From a virus: a stretch of 64,000 nucleotides of DNA. Below the pieces are notes generated by a model, which was not told where the DNA came from, searched no databases, and was given only the letters and a program-made list of their open reading frames with translations. The position numbers were made by a program, and so were the translations under genes. Position 1 is the first letter of the stretch, and each line of letters begins with the position of its first letter. Location of the stretch: positions 27,009 through 91,008 of IMG/VR virus record IMGVR_UViG_3300037466_002724. One strand, given 5' to 3'. Of this stretch, positions 55,471-63,323 are shown piece after piece.

Positions 55471-55899
55471 TCAGCCGCGCCAGATGGCGACAGCGGTGTC
55501 TCGTATGTGCGCCATGATGGCGGCCGCTTCGTCCTGGTGGTCGGCGCCGGCCCAGAAACAGAAGGCGGCGCAGGCCAGCAGGATGACCTGCGCCACGCGC
55601 GCCCAACCGGACTCGTATCGTACACGCAGCACCTGCCTGCCGTTGACGGTCAGCGGCTCGGCGGTCACGCGGCCCAGCGACCTTTCCGCCGGCATGCCGA
55701 ACCAGTCGGCCAGCGTGTCCAGCGGCACGCCGGACTTCGCTCGGATGTGCACCAGCGTGCTCACTTTCAGGTCGCGATGCTCGCCCTTGTTCAGGCGGCA
55801 GAGCGAACCTTGAGGTAGGCCCAGCAGCTTGGTGCAGTGGGCGTGGTTCCGGGCGCCGGTAACCTGCATCAGGCCCTGGACGAGGTGCTTGGTGCTCAT
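55471..55899 (-). CDS. XRE-type HTH protein with C-terminal hydrophobic segment
   Basis: LLGLPQGSLCRLNKG…VSTLVHI HTH-like; VILLACAAFCFWAG TM-like. Confidence 0.55.
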   Translation of the reverse strand: MSTKHLVQGLMQVTGARNHAHCTKLLGLPQGSLCRLNKGEHRDLKVSTLVHIRAKSGVPLDTLADWFGMPAERSLGRVTAEPLTVNGRQVLRVRYESGWARVAQVILLACAAFCFWAGADHQDEAAAIMAHIRDTAVAIWRG

Positions 55900-56111
55900 G
55901 CCAGCTCCAGTGCCATCTGGCGGTCCGGCTGCAGCGCTGCGCCCAGGCATTCGATCGCCGTGCCGGTGGGCATCGGGAATGAGCTCACGCCGGGCAGTCC
56001 GAGGACCTGGACCGAGGTGATCGCGCCTTCCATTTCGGTGGTGCGGACGTCGGCGCCGCGCGCGGTGACTGCGGCGATGAGCTCTTTCAGTCTACTATTC
56101 AGCGTGTCCAT
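55896..56111 (-). CDS. Hypothetical protein
   Basis: AAGGAG SD before ATG 56111. Confidence 0.6.
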   Translation of the reverse strand: MDTLNSRLKELIAAVTARGADVRTTEMEGAITSVQVLGLPGVSSFPMPTGTAIECLGAALQPDRQMALELA

Positions 56112-56295
56112 GTTGCTCCTTATTGTCATTGTATTTGCAATCATTGGCACCAGCGAGCCGTACGGCGCCAGAGCGGCCTCGCAACACGACGTCGCCGGTT
56201 GGCTCGCCGCGCCGGTCGTAGTCCATGTCCAGCACCGTGTAGGGCAGGCCTTTGAACGTCACGTGAGCTCCGGGCTTGAGGGCTGATGTCGGCAT
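56095..56295 (-). CDS. Hypothetical protein
   Basis: Fits the leftward gene string. Confidence 0.5.
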   Translation of the reverse strand: MPTSALKPGAHVTFKGLPYTVLDMDYDRRGEPTGDVVLRGRSGAVRLAGANDCKYNDNKEQHGHAE

Positions 56296-56327
56296 GGCGT
56301 CAGGCCCGCCGAAGCGGGCGGTTGGTG

Positions 56328-56474
56328 TTAGGCGGCGCGCTTTTCCTGCTCGGCCTTGAGTTCGGCCAGTTCACGCTCATACTTCGCAGCGTTCGATGCG
56401 CCGAAACGGCGGGCCGTTTCCAGGCGGTTCTGCGTGTCGGCAATTTTTGCGTTGAGTTCTGCGTCGCTCATCAT
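56328..56474 (-). CDS. Small coiled-coil protein (absent from the track)
   Basis: MMSDAELNAKIADTQNRLETARRFG…; AAGGGG SD; first gene after the promoter. Confidence 0.6.
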   Translation of the reverse strand: MMSDAELNAKIADTQNRLETARRFGASNAAKYERELAELKAEQEKRAA

Positions 56475-56521
56475 TTCCCCTTCATCCATCGCCGCGCCCC
56501 ATGCGCAGCGTCCATGAACAC

Positions 56522-56552
56522 ACTATACATCAAATTTGAGTAATTGTGTTGC
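56522..56552 (-). promoter_or_regulatory. Leftward early-type promoter with TCAAATTTGA operator
   Basis: Minus strand GCAACACAATTAC-TCAAATTTGA-tg-TATAGT. Confidence 0.6.
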
Positions 56553-56611
56553 GTTCATCAAATATTGTTCGCCCGCGCAACACTGCGCACGTGTCTTCCC
56601 GCAGATTTTGC

Positions 56612-56960
56612 GGTTACCCGGTTACCGGTCGAAAATCCTATTTAAAATCAGCGGCTTAGTGGTAACCAGCGCCGGTTACCGCGCGGTTACCACGGTTACC
56701 GCTCCAGCGGGCACGGTAACCGTGGTTTCCGACCTCATTTTGTAAGTCATTGATTTTAAACCGGTAACCAGTAACCGTAACCTGGCGGATATAGATACAT
56801 AAACACACAGCACATATACCCCCCCACCCCCTATATCACCTCCTGTATGTATCTATATCTCTATATCTTGGTTACTTGGTTACTGGTACTAGAAAGAGCA
56901 GAAGAATCAAATACTTAGCGGTAACCAAGGCCGGTTACCGTTCGGTTACCGGCGGTTACC
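56612..56960. repeat. Iteron array B (GGTAACC/GGTTACC) with IHF-like sites; likely replication origin
   Basis: About 16 units; IHF consensus at 56743-56755 (minus) and 56905-56917; 13-bp inverted repeat GATATAGATACAT/ATGTATCTATATC in the AT-rich core; colinear with array A; ~2.7 kb from the primase. Confidence 0.75.
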
Positions 56961-57122
56961 GCCAAAATCCGGGCCCTCCCAGCCATCCCGCAACTTCACG
57001 CCAGGTCACCAATACTGCACCGGCTTCCCGTGTGGTCACGGAACAACATGCTTTACTTAAAGATTACTTGGATATGAGCAAATATCCGGTGATATAATTG
57101 CCGGACGATAACAGGGGGTGCC

Positions 57123-57650
57123 ATGGGGATGGTGGAGTATTTCGAGAGGCCGGAGCTGCCGGGCGTGCCCGCATTCCGCTGCGAGAAGCTGGCCGCGACG
57201 CTGTCGGTCAAGAGCTGCGCTGACATGTGGCGCAAGGCTAACCACGACAACCTGGAGCGGCTGTCGCGCTGCAAGACCTGCCCGATCGGCGCCGGGCACG
57301 CGGGCGAGACCGCCGCGTCGATGTCGCCGTATATGGGGACGACGGTTTGTGCCAGGTGCCAGACGATGGCGACCAGGCTGATCGGCCGGCACCTCTGCAT
57401 CAGCTGCTACAACCGCCAGCTGGAGTGGATTAAGGGCAAGAACAGCAAGGGCAGCCGCCCGACCAAGATGAAGCCGCTGGCCAGGCGCACGGTGCGCTAC
57501 TTCGCCGACGGCGCGCCGATCATCCTGACCCTGGATCATACCGCAAGCACCGAGGAAATGGTCGTCGCCGCGCTCCGCGACAGCAAGAAGCGCGTGACCT
57601 TCTCGTTTCAAGGCATGCCGCGCGGCATCGTACAGGCGAGGCTCTTCTGA
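57123..57650 (+). CDS. Cys-rich (multi Zn-finger) protein
   Basis: C…C…CKTC..G..H and CARC…CISCYNR; extended -10 TGA-TATAAT upstream. Confidence 0.7.
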   Translation: MGMVEYFERPELPGVPAFRCEKLAATLSVKSCADMWRKANHDNLERLSRCKTCPIGAGHAGETAASMSPYMGTTVCARCQTMATRLIGRHLCISCYNRQLEWIKGKNSKGSRPTKMKPLARRTVRYFADGAPIILTLDHTASTEEMVVAALRDSKKRVTFSFQGMPRGIVQARLF

Positions 57651-57958
57651 TGGCGAACCTCACGAACTCCAAGAAGGACGAGAGCCCGCTTCGCTGGGAG
57701 CTCGCGGACCACATCTGCCGCGTATGCTTCGCGCGCGTCCTCAAGCGCACGACATTCGACCACCGCAAAATATACCGCTGCAGCAACTGCGAGACCGAGC
57801 AGGAGGGCCCAGGCGCACACGTGCTGTGCTGCTGCGGGATCAAGGTGCGCGGGAACCGCGATGCTGGGATCCGCTGCGTGCCGAACCCTCGGCGCACGCC
57901 GGAGAACCCGGCGCAGATCATCGCCGAGCAGCTTTCGCAACAGACCCCTTCCGCGTAG
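57650..57958 (+). CDS. Cys-rich Zn-finger protein
   Basis: HICRVC…CSNC…CCCG…RC; TGATG-coupled. Confidence 0.7.
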   Translation: MANLTNSKKDESPLRWELADHICRVCFARVLKRTTFDHRKIYRCSNCETEQEGPGAHVLCCCGIKVRGNRDAGIRCVPNPRRTPENPAQIIAEQLSQQTPSA

Positions 57959-58082
57959 GAAATTAATCATATAAAATACAGGCACCAGATCAGAAGTCAG
58001 GTGATCAGCCGGCCAAGGCGCTGACTTCTCTGGATTTTTCCATCACAACCAAATCTTCGGGCGCCTATCGGGCGCAACAACC

Positions 58083-58241
58083 ATGAAAAAACTGTTGGCT
58101 CTCGTGTTGGTCCTCGCGCTGCTGCCGTTTATGGCGGTCGGCTTCATCTTCGAGTTCGTCGCGTTCGGCATCGAGTGCGGCCGTGGCGCTGCCCATGGCC
58201 TGCTTGGGCTCGCCTTCGACAAGGAAGGCGGTGGCGCATGA
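58083..58241 (+). CDS. Small membrane protein (absent from the track)
   Basis: MKKLLALVLVLALLPFMAVGFIFEFVAFG…; ATGA-coupled to the next gene. Confidence 0.55.
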   Translation: MKKLLALVLVLALLPFMAVGFIFEFVAFGIECGRGAAHGLLGLAFDKEGGGA

Positions 58242-58723
58242 AACGACTTTACCTCTGCGGCCCGATGACCGGTTTGCCCCAGCTCAATTTCCCTGCGTTC
58301 AATGCCGAGGCCGAGCGCCTGCGCGCCCTGGGCTATGACGTGATCAACCCGGCCGAGCTCGCCGAGCCTGGCACGCCCTGGGCACAGTGCATGCGCACCG
58401 ACATCCGCATGCTGCTGATGTGCGACGCGATCGCCATGCTGCCGGGCTGGGAGCGCTCGCGCGGCGCCAACTTGGAGTGGCTGATCGCGACCGAGCTCGG
58501 CATGCCGGTGCTGGTGGCCGAGATGATCGGTAACTCGATGTTCAGCGCCGTGCTACCGGCTGAGGCCAGCGTCGTCGAGCGCGCGCGCCACTTCGCCCAA
58601 ACAGCGACAGTGGTTCGCCTGGCCAGCGAGGAACACCTGGCGGAGGCGGCGAAGGCCCACGAGCAGGCCAGCAAGTTCCTGCGCATGGCGGTCGAGGCTG
58701 CGGTGCGAGGTGTGGAATGCTGA
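58238..58723 (+). CDS. DUF4406 / nucleoside 2-deoxyribosyltransferase-like protein
   Basis: YLCGPMTGLPQLNFPAF…NPA…CMR.DI…CDAI.MLPGWE.SRGA.LE. Confidence 0.8.
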   Translation: MKRLYLCGPMTGLPQLNFPAFNAEAERLRALGYDVINPAELAEPGTPWAQCMRTDIRMLLMCDAIAMLPGWERSRGANLEWLIATELGMPVLVAEMIGNSMFSAVLPAEASVVERARHFAQTATVVRLASEEHLAEAAKAHEQASKFLRMAVEAAVRGVEC

Positions 58724-58866
58724 TCGCTGCTGTCACCTTCTTGGCCTCAGCCGGCATCGTACTCAACGAGCATGGCACGTCGACGGCCTTCAAAAAGCTC
58801 ATCTGGTTTGCCTGCTTCTGCATCGGTTGGCTGCTGTGGGACCTGATTAAGCGGGGTGCCGCATGA
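58717..58866 (+). CDS. Small membrane protein (absent from the track)
   Basis: Two hydrophobic segments; GAGGTG SD. Confidence 0.5.
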   Translation: MLIAAVTFLASAGIVLNEHGTSTAFKKLIWFACFCIGWLLWDLIKRGAA

Positions 58867-59102
58867 TGCTCACCCGCGAACAAGCCGCCCAACACGATGC
58901 TGCCTTCGCCAAAGCAGCGTTTATCCCGCGCTTGGTCTTGGAGGCGCTGATGTGCCTCTGCTGCCCGTCTGGACGTATTCGCGACCCGCACGAGCTGATG
59001 TACTTCGTGATGACTGGTCATATCGAAAGGCTGTGGTTGCGGGACCGCGCCATGGGGATCGTCGAGCACGACCGTATCCTGACCGGGCGAGGTGCAGCAT
59101 GA
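58863..59102 (+). CDS. Hypothetical protein
   Basis: ATGA-coupled at both ends. Confidence 0.55.
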   Translation: MMLTREQAAQHDAAFAKAAFIPRLVLEALMCLCCPSGRIRDPHELMYFVMTGHIERLWLRDRAMGIVEHDRILTGRGAA

Positions 59103-59710
59103 CCGCCCCGCACACCCAAGGGCGGCTGGTGGTGGGCCAGGACGGCATGCCTGAGCACCGCAATGTGGCCAACTTCCTCGAGAGCAAGTCCGGTCGATTG
59201 GTGGCCTATGGGCAGATGACCGAGGCCGACGCCCGCCGCCTGGCCGCGTGCTGGAATGCGTGCGAGGGGCTGAGCACAGCGCAGTTGACGGCCATGAAGC
59301 CGCCGGTGCGGGCGCGCATTCATGAGGTCGCCGAGCAGAGGGATGCTGCCATCGCCGAGCGCGACCAGCTGCGCGCCGAGCTCGACCAGGCGCGCGCGCT
59401 CCTGGCCGACATCCTGAAAGCGGACGACGAGGCCCGCGCATCCCTGCAGGCCCTGGGCATCGGCTTGACCGCGGAGGAATCGGAGGCGGTGACGCTGACC
59501 GAGCGGATCCGCGCGCTGCTCGACACCGACCAGCCGAACATGCTGCCGGCCCAGCCGCTGACGACCATCGCCGAGCAGGCCCGGCGCCTGGTGGATGCCG
59601 CTGGGCGCATGGGCGTGGTGCTGACCGTGTCGCAATCGCCGCGCCTGCCGCTGGCCATGGGGAACTACGAGACCGTGATCGAGGTGCGGCCGGCGCGGGG
59701 GTGCTACTGA
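59099..59710 (+). CDS. Hypothetical phage protein
   Basis: MTAPHTQG…DARRLAACWNAC…PLAMGNYETV..VRPAR. Confidence 0.7.
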   Translation: MTAPHTQGRLVVGQDGMPEHRNVANFLESKSGRLVAYGQMTEADARRLAACWNACEGLSTAQLTAMKPPVRARIHEVAEQRDAAIAERDQLRAELDQARALLADILKADDEARASLQALGIGLTAEESEAVTLTERIRALLDTDQPNMLPAQPLTTIAEQARRLVDAAGRMGVVLTVSQSPRLPLAMGNYETVIEVRPARGCY

Positions 59711-60093
59711 TGAGCCTCTGCGAAACCTGCACCAACCCGGGCGCGTGCTGCCGCGGAATGGTGATCTCCGACCGCCGCGGCGCGCTAACCGTCTGGGAGC
59801 GCGACGACTGGAAGGAGCAGGCAGCGGCGACGCTGGAGAACCGCTTGCCGGGCGCGCCATTCATCCCGATCCGACTCGAGCGCGCCGAGGGCGAACAGCG
59901 CGACCCGACGACACCCGAGGGCCATGAATACGGCACCGTGCACTGGGCCTGCACCAGGATCACGCCGGAGGGCCGCTGCGGCGACTACGAGAACCGTCCG
60001 CAGCTGTGCCGCGACTACCAGGCCGGCAGCGACCCGCTCTGTGTGATGCACGTGCCGCCTGCAGCCGGCGAAGGGAGCGCGCATGGCACGTGA
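59710..60093 (+). CDS. YkgJ/CxxCxxCC-family cysteine cluster protein
   Basis: CETC…GACC…C…GRCGDYENRPQLCRDY..G…C. Confidence 0.8.
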   Translation: MSLCETCTNPGACCRGMVISDRRGALTVWERDDWKEQAAATLENRLPGAPFIPIRLERAEGEQRDPTTPEGHEYGTVHWACTRITPEGRCGDYENRPQLCRDYQAGSDPLCVMHVPPAAGEGSAHGT

Positions 60094-60314
60094 CACAACA
60101 ACGGTTCGTGACCTTGCCCGACGGCCGGAAAGTCTGCTCGAGCTCAGAGGACTGGCGCCACCACTGCGAGGCGCTGGCGCTCTGCCGCATGCCGACCAGG
60201 GACAGGCGCCAGGCGCACCTGGACGCAGTCGAGCGGCTGAGGGGGAGGGCGGAGCGCCGGAGGCTGGAGGAGACGGCCCGCGCGCTGTGGAGCGTGCGCG
60301 GCGCATGGCGCTGA
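60090..60314 (+). CDS. Hypothetical phage protein
   Basis: GTG start overlapping the previous stop; SEDWRHHCEA motif. Confidence 0.6.
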   Translation: MTQQRFVTLPDGRKVCSSSEDWRHHCEALALCRMPTRDRRQAHLDAVERLRGRAERRRLEETARALWSVRGAWR

Positions 60315-60697
60315 TCAAGGCTGCACTGCCGGCCACCTGCGACGAAGTGACGGCTGCCACCGGGATCCCGCGGTCCTCGACGCGCAAGCTGGTGCTGGCG
60401 CTGCACGCGGAGCACGAGGTGCATGTCGTGGGCTGGCGGGTACCGCCCAGCGGTGGACAGCCGGTCGCCACCTACGCCGCCGGCCCCGGCGAGGATGCCA
60501 AGCTGGTGCTGCGCACGCAGGCCGAGCGCGCGCGCGACTGGCGTAAGAGCAAGCCGCTGGCTGAACCGGACACCGACGGGCGCCGCTGGCTCGGCCCGGC
60601 TGCGCGCAAGCGTGAGCTGGCCTCTGCCGACGCCACCGCAAAAACTCGTGACCCTATGATCGAAGCATTCTTCGGGCCCGCGCGGCGGGCGGCGTGA
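60305..60697 (+). CDS. Winged-HTH-like protein
   Basis: ATCDEVTAATGIPRSSTRKLV…VHVVGW; RDPMIEAFFG tail. Confidence 0.55.
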   Translation: MALIKAALPATCDEVTAATGIPRSSTRKLVLALHAEHEVHVVGWRVPPSGGQPVATYAAGPGEDAKLVLRTQAERARDWRKSKPLAEPDTDGRRWLGPAARKRELASADATAKTRDPMIEAFFGPARRAA

Positions 60698-60706
60698 GGA
60701 GGGCGT

Positions 60707-61054
60707 ATGCATCTGATTCCTGGGCTTTCGTTCGGCGGCCTGCTGTTCCTGCTTGTCGCAGCGCACGCGCTGGCCGACTACCCGCTGCAGGGCCCGTTCC
60801 TGTCCGAGGCAAAGAACCGCAACACGGCCGTCGGCAAGGTGTTCTGGCCGCACGCGCTGGCCGCGCACGCGATGATTCACGGCGGGTTCGTGCTGGTGCT
60901 GACCGGGTCGCTGTGGCTGGCCATGGCCGAGGTGCTGATCCACGCGGCCACCGACTGGCTCAAGTGCGAGAACCGCATCACGCTGAACCAGGATCAGGCT
61001 GTGCACGTGGCGTGCAAAGTGGCGTGGGCGGCTGCCGTGGTGCTGACGCCCTGA
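60707..61054 (+). CDS. DUF3307-like membrane protein
   Basis: HALADYPLQ…H..IHG…H…D..K…DQ.VH. Confidence 0.75.
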   Translation: MHLIPGLSFGGLLFLLVAAHALADYPLQGPFLSEAKNRNTAVGKVFWPHALAAHAMIHGGFVLVLTGSLWLAMAEVLIHAATDWLKCENRITLNQDQAVHVACKVAWAAAVVLTP

Positions 61055-61141
61055 TTCCTAATCTGGTGCGCTGGCCGCCGCAGGCCGCGCGCCGCAACGA
61101 TTTCTAGCAGGACGCCGCCGCGCCGGGCGCTAATCGGGCGC

Positions 61142-61333
61142 ATGGGAGACGACGTGAACGAACCGCTGCACCTGGAAACCGACGGCACCGCAATCAACTG
61201 GGACACCGAGCGCACGCGCACGGCGCTCGACTTTGACGCCACCGACTGTGTCGTGCTGGGATGCGGCGTGTTCTTCCTCGCGATGGCCGTCATCGGCGTC
61301 ATCGGCACATTCCAGGGCTGGTGGGCCGCGTGA
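61142..61333 (+). CDS. Small membrane protein
   Basis: C-terminal TM; stop coupled to the next GTG. Confidence 0.5.
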   Translation: MGDDVNEPLHLETDGTAINWDTERTRTALDFDATDCVVLGCGVFFLAMAVIGVIGTFQGWWAA

Positions 61334-61848
61334 GCGACGACGACGATCTGTTCGAGCTGACGGCCTACGTCATCCCGGAGGGCGACGCGCACCCGGGCGC
61401 GCTGTTCGAGGAGCTGATCGAGCTCGAAGAGCATGCCCATTTCAAGGAGCACGAGATCGCCGTCGAGTTCCTGCTGCGCGTCGGCCCCAAGATCAAGGCC
61501 GGCCGCCAGGTGCTGGGGCAGTGCGCGCTGCCCGTGGTCCAGGGCGAGTTCCGCGACCTGTTCCAGCAGCTGCTGGCCCAGTGGTTCGGTCGGCTGCCGA
61601 TGTTCTTGATCATCCTCGATCAGGAATTCTGGCTGGAGGCCGACGATACAACGCGCCGCGCCCTGCTCGAGCACGAGATGTGCCATGTGAAACAGAGCCT
61701 GGACAAGAATGGCGACCCGGCGTTCGACAAGGACGGCAACCCGAAATTCGGCCTGGTCGGGCACGACGTCGAGGAGTTCAACTACATCGTTGGCAAATAC
61801 GGCCGCTGGAAATCTGACATCGCCGACTTTCTCGACGCTGCAAAATAG
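61330..61848 (+). CDS. Putative phage metallopeptidase
   Basis: ALLEHEMCH (HExxH)…GHDVEEF..IV.KYG. Confidence 0.8.
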   Translation: MSDDDDLFELTAYVIPEGDAHPGALFEELIELEEHAHFKEHEIAVEFLLRVGPKIKAGRQVLGQCALPVVQGEFRDLFQQLLAQWFGRLPMFLIILDQEFWLEADDTTRRALLEHEMCHVKQSLDKNGDPAFDKDGNPKFGLVGHDVEEFNYIVGKYGRWKSDIADFLDAAK

Positions 61849-61880
61849 CAACACACGATTACTCAGAAATGATATAGAAT
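61849..61880 (+). promoter_or_regulatory. Early-type promoter with operator
   Basis: CAACACACGATTAC-TCAGAAATGA-ta-TAGAAT. Confidence 0.55.
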
Positions 61881-61910
61881 TGGCTTGTCTTAATCCATTT
61901 CTATACATCC

Positions 61911-62843
61911 ATGAATACCGAGATCATTGCACTGCGCGCGGCCGAGGCCATGCGCGACGAGGCTGCCAAGGTGGCCGTTGGTGATGCTGATTTGCTTCGC
62001 CGGCAGGGTCAACCGCACACGGCTGATGCCTACGAGTACGCGGCGCGCCGCATCCGCGCGATCGACGCCGGCAAGCTGGTCGACCAGGTCACCAATGCCC
62101 AGCCGAATCCGGACGAGCGCGCCGCGTTCGAGGCCGCGGCGCGCAGCGCCAACTTCAACGTCCAGCGCCGCGACTCTGGCGAGCTCTTCCACCCGATCAC
62201 CGACCGCGTGCACCAGGTCTGGCGCGCTGCCGTGAGCTGGGTGCGCGAGACTGGCATCGCGGCCGTGGGTGGGAAGCCGGACGCGCTGTATCCGGGGTAT
62301 GTGGTGCCTGCGACCGCCCCGGTCGCGCAGGAAGGCAGCGCCGTGGAAGCCTGGAAGCATGCAGCGAACGAGTGGGCCGACACAGCGACGAACGGCCTGC
62401 AATGGCTGCGCAACATTGCCGAAGGCGTTTCGGACGTGAAGGCGGCGATCGAGAACATGGAAGCATGCGTCAGGCACGCGCAGAGCATTTCCAGCGCCCT
62501 GCACCTCGCCGCTCCGAGCAGCACCGATGCCAGCGCACAGGCCGCACAAGCCGATATGAGGGATGCGGCGAGGTGGCGGGCGTTCCTCGGCAGCTCCCGC
62601 ATCCGTCCGCTGGGTAGCGCCGGGCTGAATGAGCCGATGCCGAACAACTACGCGCACCTGGGCTTGGAAATGTGGACAACGGGCGATTGGAGTGACTGCC
62701 CGCCCGATCTGGCAAAGCGGCTCGCGCACGAAAACAAAGTCGGCATCGAGTGGCTCACCAAGTACGCCGACATCGCCATCGAAGCGCAGAAGGCTTGCAC
62801 CCCGGCAGACGACAGCCAGCCCGCTGTGGGAGGTGCAGCGTGA
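61911..62843 (+). CDS. Hypothetical mosaic phage protein
   Basis: 310-aa ORF with DERAAFE and DAARWR modules typical of phage accessory genes. Confidence 0.65.
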   Translation: MNTEIIALRAAEAMRDEAAKVAVGDADLLRRQGQPHTADAYEYAARRIRAIDAGKLVDQVTNAQPNPDERAAFEAAARSANFNVQRRDSGELFHPITDRVHQVWRAAVSWVRETGIAAVGGKPDALYPGYVVPATAPVAQEGSAVEAWKHAANEWADTATNGLQWLRNIAEGVSDVKAAIENMEACVRHAQSISSALHLAAPSSTDASAQAAQADMRDAARWRAFLGSSRIRPLGSAGLNEPMPNNYAHLGLEMWTTGDWSDCPPDLAKRLAHENKVGIEWLTKYADIAIEAQKACTPADDSQPAVGGAA

Positions 62844-63082
62844 GCGCCGTCGCAAACCGTAGGGCCTATCTGGCCGCGTCGCACGCTTTGGCGACCAGCA
62901 TGCAGCCAACCGACGAAATGGTGCGGGCAGCCTGCACGACGCTGGCGGCAGTCCTCTCCGACTTGGCGAACATGAAAGTGCATATCTTGCCGCTGTTTCC
63001 CAATGATGTGCTCGCTATCGAGGCGCTGCTTCACCCCTCCCAGGAGGCAGACGACAGCCAGAAAGGGGGCGGCGATGAGTAA
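62840..63082 (+). CDS. Hypothetical protein
   Basis: GGAGG SD, GTG start. Confidence 0.5.
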   Translation: MSAVANRRAYLAASHALATSMQPTDEMVRAACTTLAAVLSDLANMKVHILPLFPNDVLAIEALLHPSQEADDSQKGGGDE

Positions 63083-63323
63083 GCTCGCCAAGAAACAGTT
63101 GCAGGCCGCGCTCGACAAACTGGCGCGCGCCAACAACGCTGCACGGGAGGCGCGTGACGCGATCTACGGACACTGTGTTGCGGTGTACGGCGTCACTCCC
63201 GGTGAAATCGACAATGATGAATTTATCGACGGCGTGGATGGCGGTTGCGGCACTGCACACGGCATGACCGCCGAAGAATTCCACGAATCCATGATCGCGG
63301 CAGGAGCAGAAGGACAACCATGA
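63075..63323 (+). CDS. Hypothetical protein
   Basis: GGGGG SD, ATG 63075. Confidence 0.55.
   Translation: MSKLAKKQLQAALDKLARANNAAREARDAIYGHCVAVYGVTPGEIDNDEFIDGVDGGCGTAHGMTAEEFHESMIAAGAEGQP

Noticed and set aside
19119-60115. Other TCGTGAC occurrences inside genes (e.g. ~19120, ~35537, ~40585, ~60106)
   Set aside because: Not followed by a -10-like hexamer at the 2-nt spacing, so not counted as late promoters.
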